Positions 46,787-56,110 of a stretch of 64,000 bases of DNA are shown here, piece by piece (the first letter of the stretch is position 1; the number at the start of each line of letters is the position of its first letter). The position numbers and the translations under genes were made by a program. The DNA is from a candidate division FCPU426 bacterium (GTDB taxonomy: Bacteria > Oederibacteriota > Muellerivitia > Muellerivitales > Muellerivitaceae). The DNA lies in NCBI GenBank assembly GCA_963847625.1, contig CAWKAR010000033.1, positions 74,449 to 138,448 of the forward strand, read 5' to 3'. A model generated the notes under the pieces. It was not told where the DNA came from. It was given only the letters and a program-made list of their open reading frames with translations, and made no database searches.

Positions 46787-48805
46787 TCACCACTTGTCAG
46801 ACCGGGGTTCGAAAGGGACGATCTTGTGGCGGATCAGTTCAAAGGCCAACCAAGAAGCGACAAGGATATGACCCCCCCGGTACATATGGTCATTTCCTCC
46901 GATTTCCGAAAGGGGATAAAAACTAACGCGGAAGGTCTTCATTTCAGGACTCAAATCGAAGTAATCGACATGGGCTTTCTCACAAACTTTCTTGAAGACG
47001 TCCATGCTCATCTGCGGCAATACTGTCCCGGGCAAGGTAAACAGGGCTTCCTCCAGCCTAACCGGGTTTCCTTGCGAGGTCTTTATTGCGTTCAGCTTTT
47101 TCTTCAAAAGCGCCACCGGCTCCGAGATCATTTGAGCGGCGCAATCCACTAGTTCAGGATCCGTAGGTTTGGCGGGCAACATCCATTGGATCGTGTTGAT
47201 GGGGTTAATGAGACAGTACTTTTTGGCGAGGAGCAGGTCCAAAAATTTCCTCGGGGTGCCTTTGGTCCTTTCCAGGACGGGCTTCAGAATAAACTCAGGA
47301 TCGAACGTGTACGAGGGAATGCCTTCGTCGGTCAGGGGCTTTTGAAAATAACCCCCCACCAAAAAGTCGGGAGGATAAAGGCACATAACCAAGTCCACGT
47401 CGAACTTCTTGGCGAGGTCGGGTATCGTGTAATAGGACCAGATCACAAAGTCATCGTCCACCGCCCTCGACGAATTGAAAACCTCGAAACGAGTCGGTAC
47501 ATCCCAAAGGCAGGCCATCATATTGAGGGTCTCCTCCAACCGCTTGCATATGCCGTTACTGCGTTGCCCATAGACCCCATCTGGCGAAGGATTGGGATCC
47601 TCAGGCATGACGCCCGCGGAGCGCGAATCGCCAAAGAGAATAATGCGAAATGTATGGGGTGGTTTTTTCCAGGGATACTCATAGTCCAGAAGGCCGCCGG
47701 TGTTTCCCAAATGAGGAGCTTGCAGGTCGTACAAATCCATTTCGCGATAGGAGGTCACGATGTTGAGTTGGGGGTGCGAGAAGAAAAGTTTGCGCTCCGA
47801 TTGCGGGTCCGGAATCAAAGCCATGGGAGAACTGTCATGGATATCGCTGAAAAAGGCCTCCAGAAGTGGATCCTTGGTCGTTTTTCCCCAGACCGAAACG
47901 AAAGTGACGGGTTGATATTGCGGGAGCAGGCGGGCCAGGGGGGCGGTATCCATCCTTTGGACCGCGTAGAGGATTTTCCCGGCCCAGGCCAAGCTTTCAA
48001 TTTTTTCCCCATGTGCGCAGAGGTTCCAATTGAAGGTGGCCGCCTGTCCGGCGGCGGTGACGGGAACGCCCTCGTAAACCTCTTGCCCCGCTTGGTTCGC
48101 CACGTAAAGCCGGTCGCCGGCCCCACAGAGGGCCGCTGGCTTGGGGATTTCGGCCTTCCCTTGAAAGAGCGTGGTGACTTGGTGCGTCTTCAAATCCAAT
48201 GCCCTCATGGCCCCAGGGTCCGGCTGGGTAAAGAAAAGTTTCCCTTGGGAGGCCAGGTAAACCATGTTTCCCACGATTCCCACCTGGGCTTTATCGCCTA
48301 TTCCATCGCTGACACCGGCCTGGCCGTTCCCGGCCAAGGTGGACACGGTTTTCGTTTTCAGGTTGATCAAGCGAATGCGGGAATTGCCCTCATCGCTGAC
48401 GGCGATTTGATCATCCGGGAGGACGGCCAGTTGATTGGGAAGGTTGAACACGGCGGCGGAAAGGGAGCCGTCCTTAAAGCCGGCTTGGCCTGTCCCCGCC
48501 ACAGTGGAAACCTGGTTGGCATGTTCAAAATCCACCATTCGGACGCAATGGTTGCCCCGGTCGGCGACGTAAAGCTTGGTTCCCTCCGGGTTGATGGCCA
48601 TTCCGCAGGGATTGTTAAAACGGGAGGAATAAAAGACCCCGTTGATCAATCCTGGGTCCCAGTCGCCGGCCACCAGGTCCTGGAAGCTGCTCATGGGACC
48701 GATGGCCAGGGAGGGAAGGGGAATCAAAAGCGAAATGATTAGCGGACATAGGAATCGCTTCATCACCCCAAGGGCTGTTCCCTGAAGAACCAGTCTTCGT
48801 TTCAT
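46787..48805 (-). CDS. secreted NHL-repeat beta-propeller protein fused to a C-terminal SGNH/AlgX-AlgJ-like domain
   Basis: Start ATG 48805 with GGAGG 5 nt upstream. Signal peptide KRFLCPLIISLLIPLPSLA. NHL-type repeats (LYVADRGNHCVRMVD, IAVSDEGNSRIRLIN). C-terminal GDS motif (ILFGDSRS) and GGNDHMYRGGH. Confidence 0.65.
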   Translation of the reverse strand: MKRRLVLQGTALGVMKRFLCPLIISLLIPLPSLAIGPMSSFQDLVAGDWDPGLINGVFYSSRFNNPCGMAINPEGTKLYVADRGNHCVRMVDFEHANQVSTVAGTGQAGFKDGSLSAAVFNLPNQLAVLPDDQIAVSDEGNSRIRLINLKTKTVSTLAGNGQAGVSDGIGDKAQVGIVGNMVYLASQGKLFFTQPDPGAMRALDLKTHQVTTLFQGKAEIPKPAALCGAGDRLYVANQAGQEVYEGVPVTAAGQAATFNWNLCAHGEKIESLAWAGKILYAVQRMDTAPLARLLPQYQPVTFVSVWGKTTKDPLLEAFFSDIHDSSPMALIPDPQSERKLFFSHPQLNIVTSYREMDLYDLQAPHLGNTGGLLDYEYPWKKPPHTFRIILFGDSRSAGVMPEDPNPSPDGVYGQRSNGICKRLEETLNMMACLWDVPTRFEVFNSSRAVDDDFVIWSYYTIPDLAKKFDVDLVMCLYPPDFLVGGYFQKPLTDEGIPSYTFDPEFILKPVLERTKGTPRKFLDLLLAKKYCLINPINTIQWMLPAKPTDPELVDCAAQMISEPVALLKKKLNAIKTSQGNPVRLEEALFTLPGTVLPQMSMDVFKKVCEKAHVDYFDLSPEMKTFRVSFYPLSEIGGNDHMYRGGHILVASWLAFELIRHKIVPFEPRSDKW

Positions 48806-48980
48806 ACTTGCCTCCGGATCCAATTTAAAATTCACTAGGGAGAATCGGCGCATATCCTCCCCTGACAAAAACCCCAAAAACGTCCCTGTAGCTTATCCCA
48901 ATCACCTTCAGGGGGCAACTTATAAGGAAAGATTCCAAGGTTGAATATGCTGAGATGATAAAAAAATACTTGGATTAAAG

Positions 48981-49024
48981 AAAAACCCCTACCGATTTTT
49001 ATATCGAGGGGTTTTATCTCTTTT
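48981..49024. terminator. bidirectional terminator-like hairpin inside a divergent intergenic region
   Basis: Stem aaaacccct/aggggtttt (9 bp) plus an inner ccgat/atcg stem around a T-rich loop, followed by atctcttttt. Confidence 0.35.
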
Positions 49025-49245
49025 TGTCATCATAATAAAAAGTGTAATTATGGGCGTGTCAGATGTCCTACAATCCGAAAATGTGTCATAGAGCTAATAG
49101 TTATTGATCACATCTTCTACTCTAGACGGCAAAAAACCGATTTATTTCATAAATTTTATCATATTGGTAAAAACCTTATAGTTTTCCTTATTATCTGAAC
49201 CAAATTCTGGTATGACGTTTCAAACAGACGAGTGAAAGAGAAAGG

Positions 49246-49908
49246 ATGCATGGGAACATGAGCGACGACCGAATAGAAGATCGCCGGGACATGGTGAAGG
49301 AGCAATTGGAAAAGCGGGCCATCCGGAATCCCCTGGTCCTGCAGGCCATGCTGGATATTCCGCGGCACCTCTTCGTGCCGTCCCACTTGCAGGATGAGGC
49401 CTACCGTGACGGCGCTCTCGATCTCGGGAAAAATCAATCCATCAGCCAGCCCTATATCGTTGCCTCCATGATTCAATCCATCGAGCCCCAAAACACCCAC
49501 CGGGTCCTGGAAGTTGGGACGGGGAGCGGTTATTCGGCGGCGGTCCTGTCCCACCTGGTGGAAAAGGTCTATTCCATCGAACGGGACGAAAGCCTGATCG
49601 CCCCGGCCTTGAAGATATTCAAAGATTTAAACATAACCAATATCCTGGTGAAAAAAGGGGACGGCTCGCTCGGTTGGGCCGAGGAGGGACCCTTTGATGC
49701 GATCCTTGTGACCGCGGCGGCCCCCCAGGTCCCTCCCGCCCTGGTGGCGCAATTAAAGGTAGGCGGTGTCCTCGTGCTTCCCATCGGGGGGCGGGGAGAG
49801 CAAAAACTTTTCAGGGTGGTCAAGCGCGGAGAAGGCCGTTACCAGGAAAAAGAGCTTTACGCCGTCCGGTTCGTCCCCTTGATCGGGGAACAAGGTTGGA
49901 AGGAATAA
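49246..49908 (+). CDS. pcm: protein-L-isoaspartate O-methyltransferase
   Basis: VLQAMLDIPRHLFVP, the SAM motif VLEVGTGSGY, and ILVTAAAPQVPPALVAQLKVGGVLVLPIG. The likely start is ATG 49258, which has an AAAGGA RBS. Confidence 0.85.
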   Translation: MHGNMSDDRIEDRRDMVKEQLEKRAIRNPLVLQAMLDIPRHLFVPSHLQDEAYRDGALDLGKNQSISQPYIVASMIQSIEPQNTHRVLEVGTGSGYSAAVLSHLVEKVYSIERDESLIAPALKIFKDLNITNILVKKGDGSLGWAEEGPFDAILVTAAAPQVPPALVAQLKVGGVLVLPIGGRGEQKLFRVVKRGEGRYQEKELYAVRFVPLIGEQGWKE

Positions 49909-49913
49909 CGATC

Positions 49914-50780
49914 ATGAATCGCCCAAATACCAAGCTGCCGGAAACTGATTGGTTTACCTTCGCGAAAATAATTTTCCCGGTTTTTTCCGTGGTATTAACA
50001 GGGTTTTTTACCCAACCAAGTTTGTGCCGGGCCGAGGACCAAGAAAAGTCCGCCGCGTATGAGTTCCAAAAGGGTTTGGCGGCCCTTCAAGAGCGGAACT
50101 TCGAGGAAGCCAAGAAGTGGTTCCTTTATTCCGCGAACAAGGGGTATCCCGACGCCCAGTACTTCGTGGGATACATGGATTCCAAGGGTTGGGTCGGGCA
50201 GGTGGACTGGGACCAGGCCTTCCTCTGGTTCAAGAAATCGGCGAAAGCCGGAAAAAAAGAAGCCCAATATCAAACAGCCAGCTGTTATTTCGACGGAAAA
50301 GGAACGAAAAAGGACCCGGCCCTGGGCATGGAATGGCTGGAGAAATCCGTGAACCAGGGGGAGCCGGACGCCGAGTGCCGTTTGGGGATTTGTTACGCCC
50401 GGGGGGAAGGGGTCACAAAAAACCCAGTGATGGCCACGAAATGTTTCAAATCGGCCCTGGAACACGGCTGTAAATTGATCCCCCCAGACCCGGCCCGGAT
50501 GAACCTGGAGGGGGCTTCCGTAATGGTGGAGGGCTATTTAAAGGCGAATACCGATAAAACCTCCGGGAAGACGACGGGCTGGGTTCTCTTCCTCGAGAAG
50601 CCGATCGCTCTGGGAAAGAAAAAAAACATCGCGGCCCTCCAGGTGGACCCGGCCCAAGTGACGGACGAAATGTCCCAACAAAGGGTTTTTATAAGGGGCA
50701 TTTACCATTGGCTTACCAACCCCCAACAGGGGTTCGAGTTGGAAGTCATTCCCACCCGGATCAATGTGCAGGATCAATAA
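49914..50780 (+). CDS. Sel1-like repeat (TPR-like) exported protein
   Basis: Signal-like N-terminus, then Sel1-type repeats (AQYFVGYMDSKG..AFLWFKKSAKAG, AQYQTASCYFDGKG, CRLGICYARGEG). Starts at ATG 49914 with an AAGGAA RBS. A TTG at 49896 opens the ORF. Confidence 0.7.
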   Translation: MNRPNTKLPETDWFTFAKIIFPVFSVVLTGFFTQPSLCRAEDQEKSAAYEFQKGLAALQERNFEEAKKWFLYSANKGYPDAQYFVGYMDSKGWVGQVDWDQAFLWFKKSAKAGKKEAQYQTASCYFDGKGTKKDPALGMEWLEKSVNQGEPDAECRLGICYARGEGVTKNPVMATKCFKSALEHGCKLIPPDPARMNLEGASVMVEGYLKANTDKTSGKTTGWVLFLEKPIALGKKKNIAALQVDPAQVTDEMSQQRVFIRGIYHWLTNPQQGFELEVIPTRINVQDQ

Positions 50781-50799
50781 TCCGCCTGTTTCCGGGAAG

Positions 50800-52992
50800 T
50801 CATTTCTTTTGAGTGATCTTGCCGAAAGCTGAGGCGGGTACCATCTCCCAACCTTTGTCGCCGGGTTTTTCCCAAATCAAATGAACCGCCAGGTTGGAGC
50901 CCTGATCCTTCTCGAATTCCAGCCGGATGGGATGGGACCCGGTCCTGAGGGATACCGGCTTCTCCAGAAGAATGGGTTTGTTGTCCAGGGACAACCTGGC
51001 CCGGTCCGTGGTCAATACTTGGAACTGGTAATTTCCTTTGCGGGGGACGGTCAGGCTTCCATCCCACCGGATGCGGAAGGGAGGGGCGGCGGTGAAGGGG
51101 AATTCCCATTTGGTGCCGAAATTCAAAAGGGCATCCCACCGAACCACCAATGGCCGGGCCTTCCAACGGCCCGACTGGATGTAAACGCCCTTCAAACCCC
51201 GGTCCCAAGGCTTGTAACTGGAGAAGGTTTCCTTTGCGACCGCGTCCACGTACACCAAGGTATGGCCCAGGGCGTCCCTCAACCCCGTTTGCTGGCCCAT
51301 GGGAAACAATAGCTGGAGGAAATCCAGTGTGCCGGCTTTATCCTCGCCTAAGAGGAATATCGAGTCCTTATCGGCGGGGAGGCGGCCGCGGGAAAGGGCC
51401 GCCAGGCTGAAGGCCGACATGTTGCCCCGGGCCGAGTAACCCAAAAAGTCCACGGTGTGATTTTTATAATAAAAGGGCTCGATATAGTAATAAAAGCCCC
51501 CGGGGACGTGGCGTTCCAAGTCTTCCAAAGTCCGGCCGATATAGGTTTGCTCCACCCCGAAACTCCTCCAGCATTCCTCGTTTCCGGCTTGGTCCGCGAA
51601 ATAAGTGCGGGCATTTTGCGAGGCGATGATACCCAACAAAAGATATAGAAGAACCGCCGGAATCCTTGAGCCCCGGAAAGCCCCGGCTTTTTGCCAGAAA
51701 AAATCCAACGCGCTGCCGGCGAAATAGGCCGCGAAAGGCGTCAAAGCCACCAGGCGGTTGGAATGCGACACATCGGTGGATAGGAGCCCGGGAAGGGCCA
51801 TGACCCAAAATCCCCAGAGTGAATAAAAGCCGGAGGGTTCCCGTCTTTTTCTCCAAAGAAGCGCCAGGCCCAGGACAAAAAGGATGGCGGTGGAGTCGTC
51901 GAGCATCCGATGGCCGGGAATGTTGTGGCGGGGATTCCGGTCCCCGGAGCGGTTGAACATCAAGGCGGTTCCGGTCCAGACGTCCCAAAGGGGTTCCAAG
52001 CTCTTCTGCCGCAAGATCTCGGTGCCGATGAATAATTCCTTCTCCCGGTGCCCGATATTTCCCCGGCTCCACATGCAGGCCAGGAGCGGCGCGGTCAGGG
52101 CCAGCACCAACAGGAAATAAATCAGGATAGGCCGAAGCATGTTTTTCCTTTTACGCACGACCAACTCGTAAAAAGAAAAAACCACCATGAGCAGAGGCAC
52201 GATCTTGAAGGCCTGGTAAGTGTAGAAGCCGGCACTTACAAACAATGCGGAAAGATAAAAGGCCCACTTCTTACCGCTTTGAAGCCAGTGGGACCAAAAG
52301 GCGATTGCCCCGAAGAGGTAGAAGGGAACCTGGAGGCTGGGGTAGCCGTTGCGGGTTTCGATCCAATTCCAACGCATGACGGCCAGGAGGAACAAAGAAA
52401 AAAGCGCCGTGCGTTGCCCGGACCATTGCCGGATGGCCCAGTAAACCAAGGGGAAGGCGGCCAGGGACAGGAGGATGAAGAAGAGGTGGAAAGTGAAATA
52501 GGAAGAACCCACCAGGCCGAACCATCCCGCCAATTGGTAGAAGAGAAGGATCTCGGGCACCTCGTAGTCCAACAACTCCCCGAAAGGGCGCCAGCCCTCG
52601 TGCAGGATGCGCAAGGCGCAAAGGCCGGTCAAACCCTGGTCGGTATGCATTCCCGAGGGCATGGAATCCAGGCGGTAGACCCGGAGAAAAAAGCCCAATC
52701 CCAGGATCAGCGCGGCCAGTAGGATCTCGATTTTCAAGGGAAGAGGGTTGGAGATGGCTGGGGAAGGGGAGGAAAGGCCCCGGAGCTTCCAAAGAGCCAA
52801 CCCGTAGAACAACAGGCCGGGCCAAAGAGTGAGGGGGTTTCCGGTCCTGGAAAGAAAAGCCTGTCCCACCAGGGCCAGGATGAGTACCGGAAAAACCGGC
52901 ATAAACGGTGAAATGGACGGTGCCGGCCTTTTTTCCGGATTTTTAAAAAGTTGGGATAAAACCAACTCAAAACTCCTTTTTAGTTTGTTCAA
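50800..52992 (-). CDS. GT-C-fold membrane glycosyltransferase with a C-terminal PA14-like carbohydrate-binding domain, paralog 8
   Basis: The polytopic N-terminal about 550 aa are GT-C-like, with a first-loop D-Q/G motif. The C-terminal about 110 aa (RWDGSLTVPRKGNYQFQVLTTDRARLSLDNKPIL..AVHLIWEKPGDKGWEMVPASAF) look like PA14/GLEYA. Confidence 0.65.
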   Translation of the reverse strand: MNKLKRSFELVLSQLFKNPEKRPAPSISPFMPVFPVLILALVGQAFLSRTGNPLTLWPGLLFYGLALWKLRGLSSPSPAISNPLPLKIEILLAALILGLGFFLRVYRLDSMPSGMHTDQGLTGLCALRILHEGWRPFGELLDYEVPEILLFYQLAGWFGLVGSSYFTFHLFFILLSLAAFPLVYWAIRQWSGQRTALFSLFLLAVMRWNWIETRNGYPSLQVPFYLFGAIAFWSHWLQSGKKWAFYLSALFVSAGFYTYQAFKIVPLLMVVFSFYELVVRKRKNMLRPILIYFLLVLALTAPLLACMWSRGNIGHREKELFIGTEILRQKSLEPLWDVWTGTALMFNRSGDRNPRHNIPGHRMLDDSTAILFVLGLALLWRKRREPSGFYSLWGFWVMALPGLLSTDVSHSNRLVALTPFAAYFAGSALDFFWQKAGAFRGSRIPAVLLYLLLGIIASQNARTYFADQAGNEECWRSFGVEQTYIGRTLEDLERHVPGGFYYYIEPFYYKNHTVDFLGYSARGNMSAFSLAALSRGRLPADKDSIFLLGEDKAGTLDFLQLLFPMGQQTGLRDALGHTLVYVDAVAKETFSSYKPWDRGLKGVYIQSGRWKARPLVVRWDALLNFGTKWEFPFTAAPPFRIRWDGSLTVPRKGNYQFQVLTTDRARLSLDNKPILLEKPVSLRTGSHPIRLEFEKDQGSNLAVHLIWEKPGDKGWEMVPASAFGKITQKK

Positions 52993-53035
52993 AATACCAA
53001 ACCATCATACTCGAAAAAGGGCATTATCAACGTTG

Positions 53036-53116
53036 ACCGGCTGGTTTAAGGCCCCGGCTTTAGCCGGGGACAAGCCGTGTACTTGGCCGGGGTACATGCC
53101 CCGGCCAAGTGGCGAC
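53036..53116. repeat. conserved intergenic palindromic element, copy B (perfect 12-bp inverted repeat acttggccgggg/ccccggccaagt)
   Basis: Homologous to 46354..46436. Flanked by further hairpins (gccccggc-ttta-gccgggg and ggcgactc-gaa-gagtcgtc). Confidence 0.6.
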
Positions 53117-53213
53117 TCGAAGAGTCGTCCCTTGACGGTGGAGAATGGGCTGAATAGGATAGCTCCGCCGCGTTTGACACGGCTTAAAACGAAATTATCC
53201 ATATCGAGCCACC

Positions 53214-53600
53214 ATGCTTCCAAGTAAAAACTTTCCCCTATTTTCCCTGTCAGCCGGTCCTTTTCGTTCATGGACCCTGATCCCGGCGCTTTTGGTTTGG
53301 GCGGCCTTGGCTGTCTACCAACCGGTTCTTTCCTTGAACCCATTAAGCGGGATCGGCCCTTTGCCCTTGTCCATCGCCGCCGACGCTGTTTTCCTTTTCG
53401 TGGTGATGAATCTGTTTGTTTCCTCATTCCTTTCACCCGACTATTCAATGGTTTTCCGGCTGTTCCTCGCCGGGATGGCCGGGTTGGCTTTTTTCGAAGC
53501 GCTTCTCGGGGCGGTGGACTTGGCCTTCGGCCAGCTCTTTTGGGGCTGGATCTTGGCCGGCATCCATCACCTGATCATTCAAAAGGGGAGGCCGGGTTGA
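53214..53600 (+). CDS. small polytopic membrane protein, first gene of the Mrp-like module (possible MrpE/F/G-like)
   Basis: 128 aa and hydrophobic. Its stop overlaps the TTG start of the next gene (TTGA). Confidence 0.4.
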   Translation: MLPSKNFPLFSLSAGPFRSWTLIPALLVWAALAVYQPVLSLNPLSGIGPLPLSIAADAVFLFVVMNLFVSSFLSPDYSMVFRLFLAGMAGLAFFEALLGAVDLAFGQLFWGWILAGIHHLIIQKGRPG

Positions 53601-54136
53601 AACGAGCCTCCTGGATTTTAACGGCCCTTCTGGCCCCGGTGATGTTCTATGCCTGCGTCCAGCTGCCAGGTACGGTGGAACCCTCGTCCCCGCTCGCCTC
53701 GCACGTAACCAACCGTTTCCTGGAAAGGGCTTCCCAGGAAACCGGGTGGTCCCAGCCCGTTCCGGCGATATTGTGCGATTACAGGAGTTTCGACCTTTTC
53801 ACTTTAAGCGTCTTTTTCTTTGCGATAGTTTTGCTGGGCCTGCTGCTCGGATTGGAAGAGGACTCCTCTTGCTCTTTCCGCGGAAGGGCCGGGAAAGCGG
53901 CCGCCCTGGGCATCCTGGGTTCGGGTATCGGATTCCTCTTGGGCGCCTATAGCCTGTGGAAGGGATATAATTTCCTGGATTTCGACCCACTGGCTTCTTT
54001 TTTCAAACCAGCCACGGCTAGGTGGACTGGCTCCTCTTTATTAGGACTGGGGATGGCCGTCGCCTTGACCGGCATCCTCCTCTCTTTCCCCGGGAAACCG
54101 GCTATCAGGAAGAAGGAGGAAACCCATGACCGCTGA
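53597..54136 (+). CDS. mrpB: MnhB/MrpB-like cation:proton antiporter membrane subunit
   Basis: TTG start with GGGAGG upstream. The MnhB-type motif AILCDYRSFDLFTLSV is present. The ORF in the six-frame track (from 53270) has an Arg/Gly-rich out-of-frame-looking N-terminus, so I take the start as 53597. Confidence 0.55.
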   Translation: MKRASWILTALLAPVMFYACVQLPGTVEPSSPLASHVTNRFLERASQETGWSQPVPAILCDYRSFDLFTLSVFFFAIVLLGLLLGLEEDSSCSFRGRAGKAAALGILGSGIGFLLGAYSLWKGYNFLDFDPLASFFKPATARWTGSSLLGLGMAVALTGILLSFPGKPAIRKKEETHDR

Positions 54137-54467
54137 GTGGGAGGTTATTCTCCATTACGCTTTATTAACCCTCCTTTCGTTGGTGGGGTTTCACGGGCTT
54201 TTTTTCCATGAAAACCTCCTGAAAAAAGTCCTGTCCCTCGTTCTTTTCCAATCCGGGTTGATCCTATTGCTTTTGACCTTGGCGAACGTCCGCGGGCGAA
54301 CCGGGCTTTCCCCGGCGGGGTTGAACCCCTTGGCCCACGCCTGGGCCTTGCTGCTGGGTTTGGCTTTTATCGGAACCACCCTGGCTCTCCTGATTTTTTG
54401 CGCGGCTTTTTTCAGGAAATTCGGATCACTTGATCCCGATGAAATCGACAAACGGAACGTCTTGTGA
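54126..54467 (+). CDS. mrpC: MnhC/MrpC (NuoK-like) antiporter subunit
   Basis: 113 aa with 3 TM helices. Size and hydropathy are typical of MrpC/NuoK. It overlaps its neighbours. Confidence 0.55.
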   Translation: MTAEWEVILHYALLTLLSLVGFHGLFFHENLLKKVLSLVLFQSGLILLLLTLANVRGRTGLSPAGLNPLAHAWALLLGLAFIGTTLALLIFCAAFFRKFGSLDPDEIDKRNVL

Positions 54468-55975
54468 ACGAACACATCCCTATCCTCATTCTTCTCTCTC
54501 CCCTGGCGGGATCATTGTTTTGCGTTTTCTCCCCGTTTTTCTCCGGCCGTTTGACCAGGTTTTTAGCGTGGTTTTCCCTCGCGGCGGGACTCATTTTCAC
54601 GCTGGAAAGCTTCGGCCCCCTCCTTTCAACGGGTGACTGGCGTTATGCACTGGGCGGTTGGCCCCCACCCTGGGGCATCGAACTCGTTCTCACCCCTTTT
54701 ACGGCGTTCTTCGCCTGCCTGCTCCTGGTGCTGTCCCTGGTGGTCTTGGTTTATTTCCGGAGCCTGCGGTTGCCGGGATCTTCGGGTATCTGGAAGGAAA
54801 ACCTGGCGCATTCATTCCACCTCCTGATGACCGCCGCCGGATTGGCCCTTCTTTTCACGCGGGACGCGGTCAACCTGTTCCTTTTTTTGGAGGTTTTCCT
54901 GTTGGCAGGGGCCGGCCTCATGGCTTCCCTGGGCGAAAAGGCATGGTTGGCGGCCTTTAATTTTTTTTTCTGGGGGTCCGTCGGGGCGACCCTGTACCTC
55001 GCGGGCATTGTTTTCCTTTACTCGGCGACCGCAACGCCGAACCTGGATGACATTCTCGCCCAGCTTTTCATCGCCAAGAATTTTTCCATGGCCCTGACGG
55101 CGGGGTTTTTCCTGGGCTTCGGTTTTATTTTTCTCTTGGTTTTTCCCGCGCCCTTCTTTTTCCAAAAGACCTTGAACCGGATCCCTTCCTTTCTTTTGGC
55201 TTTTTTTTCCTCCGTGATACCGAGGCTGGCGGCGGTTTTATTGTTCGGCTTTTATTTTTTCGTGCTGGACGTTCCGGGATTGACGGCACCAACGTGGCTC
55301 ACGGTCCTGGCCTACCTGGTTTCCCTCGCTTTTTTAACGGGTTTTTTCTTCGCCTCCCGGCAGAAGGATTACCTGGTTACGCTGGGTTTTTTGGGTGCGG
55401 CCCAAATGGGGTTTCTTTTCCTGGGTTTTTACCTGGGGAACAAGAGCGCCTTGACCGGGTCCTTGTTGGAGGTCCTCAGCCAGGTTTTGACGGTGGCCGG
55501 ATTGTTTTTCATCGGGCAGAACCTGAGGGAAGACGCCGGCATCCAGTCCCTTTCCCGCCTGACGGGCTTGGCCCGTCAAAGGCCCTTGATGGGATTGGCG
55601 TTGGTGATTTTCGCGTCCTCCATCGTGGGGGTCCCTCCCACGGGGGGGTTTTTTGGAAAGTGGTTCCTGGCCCAGGGGGCGATGGAAAAACACGATTGGC
55701 TCGCTTTGGCCACGCTGGCGGCGGTGACGGTTTTTAATTTCCTCTTTTTCGCCCGGCTCACCCGATTGCTATACGAGCACCATTCGGATTATCCCGCGTT
55801 GCCCCCTACGCGCATGGAATCCCGATTGCCGGTTCTGTTGCTGGCGGCCGCCATCCTTCTTTTGGGGGTTTTCCACGAGGGATTGATCCACAAATTCATC
55901 GAGCCCGCCCTGCCCAAGGCCTTCCAGAACCTGCCGGTGCCCAACGTGCCTTTCCTGGGCAAGGAAGTGGAGTAA
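54464..55975 (+). CDS. mrpD: MnhD/MrpD (NuoN/NuoM-like) proton-conducting membrane transporter subunit
   Basis: 503 aa and about 14 TM helices, with complex I antiporter-like composition. Start overlaps the mrpC stop. Confidence 0.6.
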   Translation: MNEHIPILILLSPLAGSLFCVFSPFFSGRLTRFLAWFSLAAGLIFTLESFGPLLSTGDWRYALGGWPPPWGIELVLTPFTAFFACLLLVLSLVVLVYFRSLRLPGSSGIWKENLAHSFHLLMTAAGLALLFTRDAVNLFLFLEVFLLAGAGLMASLGEKAWLAAFNFFFWGSVGATLYLAGIVFLYSATATPNLDDILAQLFIAKNFSMALTAGFFLGFGFIFLLVFPAPFFFQKTLNRIPSFLLAFFSSVIPRLAAVLLFGFYFFVLDVPGLTAPTWLTVLAYLVSLAFLTGFFFASRQKDYLVTLGFLGAAQMGFLFLGFYLGNKSALTGSLLEVLSQVLTVAGLFFIGQNLREDAGIQSLSRLTGLARQRPLMGLALVIFASSIVGVPPTGGFFGKWFLAQGAMEKHDWLALATLAAVTVFNFLFFARLTRLLYEHHSDYPALPPTRMESRLPVLLLAAAILLLGVFHEGLIHKFIEPALPKAFQNLPVPNVPFLGKEVE

Positions 55976-56110
55976 GTCAAGGGACTGCCCTCCGCGCCGC
56001 ATGCCGACTATCCATTGGGTTTTTGGGAAGGTCAGTACCGATTTCCATATTGGCTTTTATAGCGAATCGGCACAAGTCCGGGGCCTTGGCAGGCGGTCAA
56101 ACGGCAAGCG

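Noticed and set aside
47186-48742. A 518-aa plus-strand ORF antisense to the NHL-SGNH gene
   Set aside because: Its translation is Gly/Arg-rich and low complexity with no motifs. The minus-strand product has a signal peptide, NHL repeats and a GDS/DH SGNH motif, plus a GGAGG RBS.
53270-53596. The upstream part of the 288-aa ORF overlapping the 128-aa membrane ORF in another frame
   Set aside because: Its N-terminal about 110 aa are Arg/Gly-rich and look out of frame. A TTG with a GGGAGG RBS at 53597 gives a clean MnhB-like protein and ends the overlap.
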